From positions 69,423 to 133,422 of the forward strand of contig CALDZP010000007.1 of assembly GCA_937944105.1 (NCBI GenBank): a stretch of DNA of 64,000 bases. The letters are read 5' to 3'. Source of the stretch: an uncultured Ignavibacteria bacterium. Its GTDB lineage: Bacteria > Bacteroidota > Ignavibacteria > Ch128b. The translations under genes were made by a program, and so were the position numbers. Below the pieces are notes generated by a model that saw only the letters and a list, made by a program, of their open reading frames with translations, ran no database searches and was not told where the DNA came from. Shown here one piece after another: positions 28,868-37,782 of this stretch. The number at the start of each line of letters is the position of its first letter. Position 1 is the first letter of the stretch.

Positions 28868-29643
28868 TAGGTTAATTCCTTAGCATTATTATTTTTATTT
28901 AAAATTTCATCTGCAAGTTGTAAATAATTTTGTGTTCCTAAAGCTTGAGCGTCGTAGAGAATTACAGGTTTACCGTGACTTGGTGCCTCAGATAGTTTCA
29001 CATTTCTGGTAATTATGGTTTTGTAAACCTTATCACCAAAATATTTTCTAACTTCTTCAGCTACCTGATGTGAAAGTCGAAGCCTTGAATCAAACATTGT
29101 TAAAAGGACACCTTCAATTTCAAGATGTGGGTTGAAATGTTTTTTCACAATATTAATGGTATTAAGAAGTTGACCTAATCCTTCTAAAGCAAAATATTCA
29201 CATTGAACAGGAATTATTACTGAATCTGCTGCTGTTAACCCGTTAATTGTTAAAAGTCCAAGTGAAGGTGGACAATCGATTATTATGAAATCATACATAG
29301 ATTTAAAACTTCGAATACCAACGGCTAATATTTTCTCTCTATTTTCAATATTCACCAATTCAACTTCTGCTCCAACTAAATCAATATTTGATGGAATAAG
29401 ATCTAAGTGAACAATTTGAGTTTTTAGAATTAAATTTTCAGCTTTTTCATTATTTACAAGTAGATCATAGACACTTCGATTATTTTTTTCAAATCCAAGA
29501 CCGGAGGTAGAATTTGCCTGTGGATCTAAATCAATCAGTAAAACTCTTTTTTCATTTACAGCAATGCTTGCAGCTAAATTTATCGCTGTTGTCGTTTTTC
29601 CAACACCACCTTTTTGATTAGCAACTGCTATAGTTTTTCCCAT
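28867..29643 (-). CDS. parA: chromosome partitioning ATPase ParA/Soj
   Basis: Deviant Walker A: [22 protein letters not shown]. Confidence 0.92.
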   Translation of the reverse strand: MGKTIAVANQKGGVGKTTTAINLAASIAVNEKRVLLIDLDPQANSTSGLGFEKNNRSVYDLLVNNEKAENLILKTQIVHLDLIPSNIDLVGAEVELVNIENREKILAVGIRSFKSMYDFIIIDCPPSLGLLTINGLTAADSVIIPVQCEYFALEGLGQLLNTINIVKKHFNPHLEIEGVLLTMFDSRLRLSHQVAEEVRKYFGDKVYKTIITRNVKLSEAPSHGKPVILYDAQALGTQNYLQLADEILNKNNNAKELT

Positions 29644-29658
29644 TCTTATTTTTAACCT

Positions 29659-30336
29659 CTAAAATTCAAATGTTTCTCCAAAATTAAGTTTTTTTGCATT
29701 CTTACCTGTTTTTAATACCATTTCAACAAATTTATCAGGATCTGCTTTTATTACTGGAAATGTATTATAATGCATTGGGATTGTCAATTCTGGATTCAAA
29801 AGTTCCACCGCTTTTAATGCGTCATTAATTCCCATTGTAAAATTATCACCAATTGGAAGTAAAGCAATATTAATTTTATGAAGTTCTCCGATTAGCTTCA
29901 TATCAGAAAATAATCCTGTATCACCTGCATGATAAATTACTTTATCATCGAGAAAGAGAAGTATACCAGCTGGTTCCCCCATATACTCACCTTCATTCGA
30001 AGATGATCCATGATGTGCAATGGTAAATTTCACTTTTCCAAAAGGAAATTCATAAGAACCTCCAATGTGCATATTATGAGCTTTTAATCCTTTGGAGGCT
30101 GCATAATTGGCCAGTTCATTTACTGCAATGACTGTTGCACTGGATCTCTTTGCAATGTTTTCAGTGTCGCCATAATGATCTCCGTGGGCATGAGATAAAA
30201 TGATAAAATCAGCTGCTAATTCTTCTGCTTTTATTGGAGCGAAAGGATTTCCAGTAATAAAAGGATCAATTAAAATTTTATAATTGTTATGTTCAATCAT
30301 AAATGCTGAATGACCAAAGTATGTTAATTTAGACAT
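29659..30336 (-). CDS. UPF0173-family metal-dependent hydrolase (MBL fold)
   Basis: KLTYFGHSAFMIE...ILSHAHGDH is the metallo-beta-lactamase HxHxDH motif. Confidence 0.8.
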   Translation of the reverse strand: MSKLTYFGHSAFMIEHNNYKILIDPFITGNPFAPIKAEELAADFIILSHAHGDHYGDTENIAKRSSATVIAVNELANYAASKGLKAHNMHIGGSYEFPFGKVKFTIAHHGSSSNEGEYMGEPAGILLFLDDKVIYHAGDTGLFSDMKLIGELHKINIALLPIGDNFTMGINDALKAVELLNPELTIPMHYNTFPVIKADPDKFVEMVLKTGKNAKKLNFGETFEF

Positions 30337-30396
30337 ATCTTCTCCCTCATTTTTTACAAATATAGAATTTGGTAAAGAATTTTATAAACAAATTGA

Positions 30397-31212
30397 TTAT
30401 TCTTTATCAAGAGCTTTTAATCTAAAGAAATTTAAACGACCTACACTTCTTGAAAACGCTGCGGTCAGTTTTTCTGAAAGTTCCTGCCTAGAAAGTCCAC
30501 GAAATAACTTACCATCTTCAGCAATAGAAACTGATCCTGTTTCTTCCGAAACAATAATACTAATTACATCTGCTTGTTCAGTTATTCCAAGTCCTGCTTT
30601 ATGACGCATTCCAAGTTGAAAGCCATCGATAATATTGTGAGCACTCAAAGGTAAGGTGCATCTAGCTGCTTCAATTATATTATTGCGTATAATAACCGCA
30701 CCATCGTGCAGAGGTGACCTTGGATTAAAAATAGAAACAATTAAAGGTTTTGAAAATTTTGCACCGATTTGAACACCTGTCTCAATTACACCTCTTAAAC
30801 CAGTAGTTCTACTAAGAACTATTAACCCACCCCACTGTCTATCAGAAAGTTCAAATGCAGATTCAACAACTTCTTTTATCATTTGTTCAGTTTCAGATTT
30901 AATGTAGGATCCGAAAAATCTATTTCTACTTAGTAGCAATAGCAATCTTCTTAATTCTGGCTGAAATAAAATAACAAATACAATTACCCAAATATCAGTT
31001 ACAAGTTTTAATAAAAAACCCATTGCTCTCATATTCAATGCTTTTGCAGTAAATGATAAGAGCAGTAAAATCACAAGCCCTAAAAAAATTTGAGAGGCAA
31101 TTGTTCCTCTCATATTCTTGTAAATGATAAAAAAGAGATATGCAACTAAAAATATATCTATAAGATCAAGCAAAGTTATTGTAATAAAATCAAATTTTAA
31201 GATCTCGATCAT
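30397..31212 (-). CDS. cdaA: diadenylate cyclase CdaA (DisA_N/DAC domain)
   Basis: Three N-terminal TM helices followed by a DAC domain with DGAVII and LGMRHKAGLG (RHR motif). Confidence 0.88.
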   Translation of the reverse strand: MIEILKFDFITITLLDLIDIFLVAYLFFIIYKNMRGTIASQIFLGLVILLLLSFTAKALNMRAMGFLLKLVTDIWVIVFVILFQPELRRLLLLLSRNRFFGSYIKSETEQMIKEVVESAFELSDRQWGGLIVLSRTTGLRGVIETGVQIGAKFSKPLIVSIFNPRSPLHDGAVIIRNNIIEAARCTLPLSAHNIIDGFQLGMRHKAGLGITEQADVISIIVSEETGSVSIAEDGKLFRGLSRQELSEKLTAAFSRSVGRLNFFRLKALDKE

Positions 31213-32369
31213 TGTAGCGTAATTTCTGGATTTAGTATTGTTTCAACTAATTTTTTTGTTTCAATCGCTTCTTTATAATCATGTACACGGATTATACTTG
31301 CACCTTTGAATAGAGCTATTGAATTAGATATAATTGTACCGGTTAATCTTTCTTCAGGTTGTAGATTTAGTAGTTTACCAATAAATGATTTTCTGCTTAA
31401 TCCAATGAGGATTGGATAACCTAAAAATTTTAATTCTTCAAGACGATTTAATATTTCGTAATTATCAAAAAGTCGTTTGCCAAACCCAATACCTGGATCA
31501 ATAAAAATATTTTTAATGCCTTTTTCTTTGGCAATATTTATTGACTCTTTTAATTCATCAAAAATTTCTGCCATAGTGTCTTGATAGTATGGATTCTCTT
31601 GCATTGTTTTTGGTGTTCCTCTAATATGCATTAATATAACGGAAGCATTATATCTTTTACATGTATCAGCCATATTTTTATCAAACTTGAAACCACTAAT
31701 ATCATTTATTATATGAACACCCATTTGAAGACATTTTGTAGCGACTTTGCTTTTGTATGTATCGATAGAAACTATTGCATTTTTTGACAGAGCATATTCA
31801 ACAGCTGGAAGTATTCGATTTAGTTCTTCATCTTCCGATACAGGTTCTGAACCAGGTCGAGTGGATTCCCCCCCAATATCAATAATATCAACTCCAGCAT
31901 TTATAAATTCATCTATTCTTTCTTTTATTTTCGTTTCGCTTATGTATTTACCACCATCAAAAAAAGAATCACTCGTAACATTCAAAATTCCCATTACATA
32001 TTTTTTATTCGAACTGAACTTTTTATCACCAATTTGATATTCAAATTTTTCAGATGACTTAAAATTTGAGAGTAATAGTTGAATTTCATTAAAAGCTTTT
32101 TCACTATCAATTTTAATAAAGTAAGATAATGTTTGAATAGAATTAAGATCGCCAAAGTAACAAAAGAAATTTTTTTTCCAATCCAGATCAAATGTACAAA
32201 CTCTTTCCAGGCAATGCTGATAAATATTCCTTAAGATATCTTTCTCATTATCATCAAAACCGATGGTTAACCCAAATGTAGGAAAGTAAAAATTTTGAGC
32301 AGAGATGTTTTCGGGATTTAATTTTTTATATGAATTATAATTTTGAAAATATCTTATTCGAGTTTTCAT
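31209..32369 (-). CDS. folP: dihydropteroate synthase with ~120-aa N-terminal extension
   Basis: The Pterin-binding domain starts at GILNVTSDSFFDGG. The N-terminal ~120 aa are unassigned. The ORF starts 1 nt inside the nagA stop. Confidence 0.8.
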   Translation of the reverse strand: MKTRIRYFQNYNSYKKLNPENISAQNFYFPTFGLTIGFDDNEKDILRNIYQHCLERVCTFDLDWKKNFFCYFGDLNSIQTLSYFIKIDSEKAFNEIQLLLSNFKSSEKFEYQIGDKKFSSNKKYVMGILNVTSDSFFDGGKYISETKIKERIDEFINAGVDIIDIGGESTRPGSEPVSEDEELNRILPAVEYALSKNAIVSIDTYKSKVATKCLQMGVHIINDISGFKFDKNMADTCKRYNASVILMHIRGTPKTMQENPYYQDTMAEIFDELKESINIAKEKGIKNIFIDPGIGFGKRLFDNYEILNRLEELKFLGYPILIGLSRKSFIGKLLNLQPEERLTGTIISNSIALFKGASIIRVHDYKEAIETKKLVETILNPEITLQ

Positions 32370-33565
32370 TAATCCACTTCGAGCTCTGCTAATTTTGAAT
32401 GTCTAACTTTACCTTCTTTAATAGTAACCATTACATTAAACTCTTTATCCATAACAACAATATCAGCATCCATACCTGCGGCAAGGATACCTTTTTGTCT
32501 TTGGATTCCTAAAACTTTTGCACCGTTTAGAGAAGCCATACGAACAGCATCAGTTAATGGTACCTGCACTTTTTCACACATAACTTTAATTGCTTCATCC
32601 ATTGTTAAAGTGCTACCAGCTAAAGTTCCATCTTCAAGATAAGCCTTTTTATTTCTCACGAAAACTTTTTGATCGGCAAATTCATATTCACCATCGGGCA
32701 TCCCAGCTGCTCTAATTGCATCTGTAATAAGGATTATACCTCTGGAGCTTTTTAGCTTATAAATTAATTTCATTATAACTGGATGAACATGAATTCCATC
32801 AGCAATTAATTCAATTTTAAGTTCATCTCTTAAGAATGCAGCAGCAACTACACCAGGCTCACGATGATGCAATGGCTTCATGGCATTAAAAATATGAGTC
32901 ACATGAGAAGCACCATTATCTATTGCAGCTTCAATTTCATCATACTCAGCTTCAGAATGACCAATTGATAGAACAATACGATCTTGAGCAGCATACCTCA
33001 TTATTTCAATAGCACCTGGGAGTTCAGGAGCAATTGTCATTAATTTTATATAACCACGCGCAGCATCTCTTAAACTAAACCAGCTGTTTAATTCTGGTTT
33101 CCATAAATAATCTTCATTCATTGCACCTTTTAATTTTGGATTAATATATGGACCTTCCATATGGATACCAAAGATGTTAGTATAATCATTATTCTCAATG
33201 TAATTCGCAATTCTCCTCATGTCACTGATAAGTAAATTAAAAGGTTTGCTATAAAGCCCTGCTAAAAGAGTAGTAGTTCCATGTTGAAAATGAAAATTAC
33301 TTATGATTTCGATTGAATCTGGATCATCATCGGCAAAACCTCTTCCACCACCGCCATGACAAAGAAGATCTACAAAACCAGGAGTTATTATAAAATCTGA
33401 AGCATCGATAATTTTTGTTCCTGGATAAATATCCACATCTTCCGATTTTCCGAGTTCGAAAATTTTTTTACCTTCAATTACAATAGTTGCAGGTTCAATA
33501 CATCTAAATGGTGTTACAACCTTAGCTCCTGCAAAAGCAAGTTTCATAGTTTCATCCCCTTTCAT
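32369..33565 (-). CDS. nagA: N-acetylglucosamine-6-phosphate deacetylase
   Basis: Amidohydrolase motifs PGFVDLLCHGGGG and GIHMEGPYINP...HIFNAM. Confidence 0.88.
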   Translation of the reverse strand: MKGDETMKLAFAGAKVVTPFRCIEPATIVIEGKKIFELGKSEDVDIYPGTKIIDASDFIITPGFVDLLCHGGGGRGFADDDPDSIEIISNFHFQHGTTTLLAGLYSKPFNLLISDMRRIANYIENNDYTNIFGIHMEGPYINPKLKGAMNEDYLWKPELNSWFSLRDAARGYIKLMTIAPELPGAIEIMRYAAQDRIVLSIGHSEAEYDEIEAAIDNGASHVTHIFNAMKPLHHREPGVVAAAFLRDELKIELIADGIHVHPVIMKLIYKLKSSRGIILITDAIRAAGMPDGEYEFADQKVFVRNKKAYLEDGTLAGSTLTMDEAIKVMCEKVQVPLTDAVRMASLNGAKVLGIQRQKGILAAGMDADIVVMDKEFNVMVTIKEGKVRHSKLAELEVD

Positions 33566-34226
33566 TTGAATACTTAAGAATAATATTTTTTAATTCTGTT
33601 ACAGTTTGAACTGGATTTTTACTTTTGAAAATTGATGCACCAGCAACAACCACATCGGCTCCTGCATCAAGAACAGAACTAATATTGTTTAAATCAATTC
33701 CACCATCTACTTCGATTAAAAATTTTTGATTAAATTTTTCCCTGAGATTTCTAAGCTCTTCAATTTTTTTCAAAGAATTCAAAATAAATTTTTGCCCACC
33801 AAATCCTGGATTAACTGACATTATAAGTACTAAATCTATTTCTCCTAAGATATCCTGAATTGAATAAACTGGAGTTGAAGGATTTATTGATACGCCAGCC
33901 TTAATACCAAAACTCTTAATTTTTGTGATTGTTCTATGTAAATGAATAACAGCTTCTTGATGAACTGTTAAAATATCAGAACCGGCATTTACAAATGATT
34001 CAATAAAGTCATCTGGCTTCGATATCATCAAATGAGTATCCAGAGGTAATTCTGTCATTTTGTTAATAGCATCTACTAAAACAGGACCAAATGTAATGTT
34101 AGGAACAAAATTCCCATCCATAATATCTAGATGAATCCAATCTGAATTTCCAAGCTCGAGAAATCTTATTTGAGATTTCAAATCTGTAAAATCACTTGAT
34201 AAAATTGATGGAGAGAGAAAACGCAT
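33552..34226 (-). CDS. rpe: ribulose-phosphate 3-epimerase
   Basis: SPSILSSDF...HLDIMDGNFVPNITFGP...VDGG is the Rpe signature. Confidence 0.92.
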   Translation of the reverse strand: MRFLSPSILSSDFTDLKSQIRFLELGNSDWIHLDIMDGNFVPNITFGPVLVDAINKMTELPLDTHLMISKPDDFIESFVNAGSDILTVHQEAVIHLHRTITKIKSFGIKAGVSINPSTPVYSIQDILGEIDLVLIMSVNPGFGGQKFILNSLKKIEELRNLREKFNQKFLIEVDGGIDLNNISSVLDAGADVVVAGASIFKSKNPVQTVTELKNIILKYSNERG

Positions 34227-34973
34227 TTATTCAATTATCTCCTTTCCACTTACTTTTTCTTTCACAACTACTAAATCGATTGGGGTTAATTCCTGAACCA
34301 AGCTTCCTGCTGAAGGGTATTGATAAATTACAGTATTCGGTAAAAAGTCTAATGAAGGTTGATAGACAACTTTTCCAACTTTTAAATTTTTAGATTCAAG
34401 AATTTGTTTTGCATCACTGAAACTACGACCAATTAAATCAGGTACTTCTATATTGCCAGTAATTAAAGGTGAACTAATCCATATATTAATTGAAGTGCCT
34501 TTTTCTACCATTTCACCTGGACTGATCGATTGCATTGAAATTAAACACCTGGGAATATCTGAAGTAGTATCTTCAAAGATTTCACCAAGTGTCAGACCAG
34601 AGCGGTTCAAAATGATTCTTGCCTCATCTACATTTTTGTGTTTAATGTTTGGTACTTCAACCTTTACATTTCCACTACTTATGATTAAATAAACTCTTCT
34701 TCCAACTTTTACTAATTTATTTGCGATTGGTCTTTGAAGTATAATTGTTCCTTTTGGATATTTTGAATCAAATCTTTCACCACCTAAAACTGGTTCGAGT
34801 TTTGAGTTTTCAAGAACAACTTTTCCTTGCTCAAATGTCATTCCTACTACATTTGGAACATGTACTTCATCTCTACCCACATAAAAGGGCATCAATACTC
34901 TATCAAACAAAATAGCTATGATAACAATTAAAACAAGATAAATTATTATTTTTTTTATGTTCATAACTTCCAA
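34227..34973 (-). CDS. PASTA-domain-containing membrane protein (no kinase/PBP domain)
   Basis: N-terminal TM followed by three PASTA repeats (VPNVVGMTFEQGKVVLEN...; VPNIKHKNVDEARIILN...; VPDLIGRSFSDAKQILE...). Confidence 0.8.
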   Translation of the reverse strand: MEVMNIKKIIIYLVLIVIIAILFDRVLMPFYVGRDEVHVPNVVGMTFEQGKVVLENSKLEPVLGGERFDSKYPKGTIILQRPIANKLVKVGRRVYLIISSGNVKVEVPNIKHKNVDEARIILNRSGLTLGEIFEDTTSDIPRCLISMQSISPGEMVEKGTSINIWISSPLITGNIEVPDLIGRSFSDAKQILESKNLKVGKVVYQPSLDFLPNTVIYQYPSAGSLVQELTPIDLVVVKEKVSGKEIIE

Positions 34974-35224
34974 TTAATATCACGCAAATATATTGAAGCA
35001 TATAAATAAATGAAAACTTGGTGTGATATTGCTAAACTTTATTTATTGGTTTTAAAATTTCACATCAATAGATAAAAATTAATAAAAGCTTGTTTGAGAC
35101 CATTATCCGTAATTTCAATTCTTATACACTTTTAGAAGAAAATCCATTGCAGCAAAAAAAGATTTAATAGTTTTTAATTTTTTTACCTGTATGGTAAGTA
35201 TTTTGACAAGTAAAAAAACTCTAA

Positions 35225-36268
35225 TCAACAAATTCTTGGAAGTTGTTCACCAGAGATCATATCAACTATTCGTGTACTACCAATTAACGTTTTCATTGTA
35301 ACCAGAGGTGAGCCTTTATCAAGAACTTTTCCAATTATTTTTGATTCTTTTCCAAGGGGATGATTTCTCATAACATTTAATACTTTTTCTGCGTCACTTT
35401 CCTGCACAAAAAGTAAAATTTTACCTTCATTCGCAATATAAAGTGGATCTAAACCGAGAATCTCGCAAGCACCCAAAACATCTTCAGAGATTGGAATTTC
35501 TTCCTCATATATTTCAATTTTCACATTAGCCGAACTTGCGATTTCATTTAATGCACTAGCAATTCCTCCTCGTGTAGGATCTCTCATAACAGAAATATTT
35601 TTTGTTACTTTTAATATTTCATCAACAAGAGAATTAAGCGCAGCCGTATCACTTTGAATTTTTGTTTCAAATTCTAATCCTTCTCGTTCAGACATAATTG
35701 CGATACCATGTTCTGCAATTCTACCATTAAGAATTATTACATCACCAACTTTTACATTTTGCGGAGAAATATTTAAACCATCATAAACAATACCAATTCC
35801 TGATGTATTGATAAAAATTTTGTCACCTTTACCTTTTTCAACGACTTTCGTATCACCAGTTACAATCATAACATTCGCCTTATCAGCAGCTGCTTTCATA
35901 CTTAAGACAATTTTCCACAGATCTTCAATCTCAAAACCTTCTTCAATAATAAAACCAGTCGAAATAAAAAGAGGTTTTGCACCACAACAGACTAAATCAT
36001 TGATTGTTCCATTTACAGCAAGCTCACCAATATTTCCACCAGAGAAAAAAATTGGATTAACGACATATGAATCAGTAGTAAAGGCGAACCTGGTTTTATT
36101 TATTTCAAGGATTGCTCCATCGTGTAATTGATTTAAATATTCATTTCCAAATTGATTTAGAAAAATTTTAGTAATCAATTGATGAGTTAAAGTACCTCCA
36201 CCACCGTGGGCAATTAAAATTTTATCGTATTCTGATTTTGGTATAGGGCAACTTAACTGGAAATCCAT
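35225..36268 (-). CDS. hypE: hydrogenase maturation protein HypE
   Basis: AIR-synthase-like fold with the ILIAHGGGG motif and a conserved C-terminal PRIC. Confidence 0.9.
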   Translation of the reverse strand: MDFQLSCPIPKSEYDKILIAHGGGGTLTHQLITKIFLNQFGNEYLNQLHDGAILEINKTRFAFTTDSYVVNPIFFSGGNIGELAVNGTINDLVCCGAKPLFISTGFIIEEGFEIEDLWKIVLSMKAAADKANVMIVTGDTKVVEKGKGDKIFINTSGIGIVYDGLNISPQNVKVGDVIILNGRIAEHGIAIMSEREGLEFETKIQSDTAALNSLVDEILKVTKNISVMRDPTRGGIASALNEIASSANVKIEIYEEEIPISEDVLGACEILGLDPLYIANEGKILLFVQESDAEKVLNVMRNHPLGKESKIIGKVLDKGSPLVTMKTLIGSTRIVDMISGEQLPRIC

Positions 36269-36277
36269 AAATTCCTC

Positions 36278-37372
36278 TCAATTCACTTTTTGTTTTTTAT
36301 AATGGAAATAAGCAGCACAAGCACCTTCAGTTGAAACCATAGGAGCACCGAGTGGATTTTCTGGAGTACACTCTTTACCAAAAGCAGGACATTCAAGAGG
36401 AATTTTCAAACCTTGTAAAACTTCACCGGCTATACATATTTCGGGTTCGTCAACATTTATATCTCCCAGGTCAAAGATTTTTTCAGCATCAAATTCCGAA
36501 AATTCGTCTTTTAATTTGTAACCACTTTTAGGGATTAATCCAATTCCCCTCCATTTCCGATCAGTAATTTCAAAAACAGTATTAATAATATTTTTAGCTT
36601 CCAGATTCCCTTCTTTTTTCACAACTCGAGAATATTGATTATCAACAATTGCTTCTCCACTTTCAAGAAGATAAATACATTTATAAATTCCCTGTAGAAT
36701 ATCGATGGGTTCAAAGCCAGTAACAACAATTGGAATTTTGTATTTTTCACTTAAAGGAATGTATTCATCGAAACCCATAACAGTGCAAACATGACCAGCT
36801 GCAAGAAAACCGTTAATGTTTGAATTAAATCCAGACATTAAAGCTTCAATTGCTGGAGGGACAAGAACATGAGAACAAAGAATGGAAAAATTTTTTAGAC
36901 CCAGATTTCTAGCAGTTAAAACAGCCATTCCATTAGCTGGTGCAGTTGTTTCAAATCCAACTGCAAAGAAAACAACTTTTTTATCTGGATTAGCTTGAGC
37001 AATTTTTACTGCATCGAGTGGAGAATAAACCATTCGAACATCACCACCACTTGCCTTAACCGAAAGTAAATCGAGTTCCGAACCTGGAACTCTTAGCATA
37101 TCACCAAATGATGTAAAAATCACATCACTTCTTGAAGCTATCTTTATTGCTTTATCAATCATTTCAAGAGGAGTTACACAAACTGGACAACCTGGTCCAT
37201 GAATTAAAGAAATCTTTGAAGGAAGTAATTCATCAATACTATATTTTAAAATTGAATGCGTTTGACCACCACATATTTCCATTATTGTCCAATTGTGTTT
37301 AGTAATTTCATTTATCTTTTTAGCAAGAAGTTTAGCTGACCTGTAATCACGAAATTCACTTAAATATTTCAT
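36278..37372 (-). CDS. hypD: hydrogenase maturation protein HypD
   Basis: The [13 protein letters not shown] and C-terminal CPxxxC motifs. Confidence 0.92.
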   Translation of the reverse strand: MKYLSEFRDYRSAKLLAKKINEITKHNWTIMEICGGQTHSILKYSIDELLPSKISLIHGPGCPVCVTPLEMIDKAIKIASRSDVIFTSFGDMLRVPGSELDLLSVKASGGDVRMVYSPLDAVKIAQANPDKKVVFFAVGFETTAPANGMAVLTARNLGLKNFSILCSHVLVPPAIEALMSGFNSNINGFLAAGHVCTVMGFDEYIPLSEKYKIPIVVTGFEPIDILQGIYKCIYLLESGEAIVDNQYSRVVKKEGNLEAKNIINTVFEITDRKWRGIGLIPKSGYKLKDEFSEFDAEKIFDLGDINVDEPEICIAGEVLQGLKIPLECPAFGKECTPENPLGAPMVSTEGACAAYFHYKKQKVN

Positions 37373-37629
37373 TTCTCTGTTTCCAAATTATTTAATTCAT
37401 CCAAATCCCCCATCTCTTTCAAAATTCGGAGTGTCTCCATCGCTTCATTTTCATCAATTTTATTTAAAGCAAATCCAACATGAACTAAAACATAATCACC
37501 GACTTTTATATCAGGAATCCAGGCAACACAAACATCTTTTTTCACACCACCAAAATTTACTTTTGCCATTTTCAATAAATTATTCCCCTCATAAATTTCC
37601 TCTACTTTCCCAGGAACTGCTAAGCACAT
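37369..37629 (-). CDS. hypC: hydrogenase maturation protein HypC/HupF
   Basis: [10 protein letters not shown]-terminus. 86 aa. Overlaps hypD by 4 bp. Confidence 0.9.
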   Translation of the reverse strand: MCLAVPGKVEEIYEGNNLLKMAKVNFGGVKKDVCVAWIPDIKVGDYVLVHVGFALNKIDENEAMETLRILKEMGDLDELNNLETEK

Positions 37630-37782
37630 ATTTAACTCCTTTTTTGTTTTAGATTAAAATAAGAATTAACTGAGAATTTTTCTCTAACTAATATTTTCAA
37701 ATAATGATGTTCAACTAAAATAAATATTTCTATCTTTGACATATTCTCAGTAATATTTTTAGTGATAAAATTAATTATCAAA

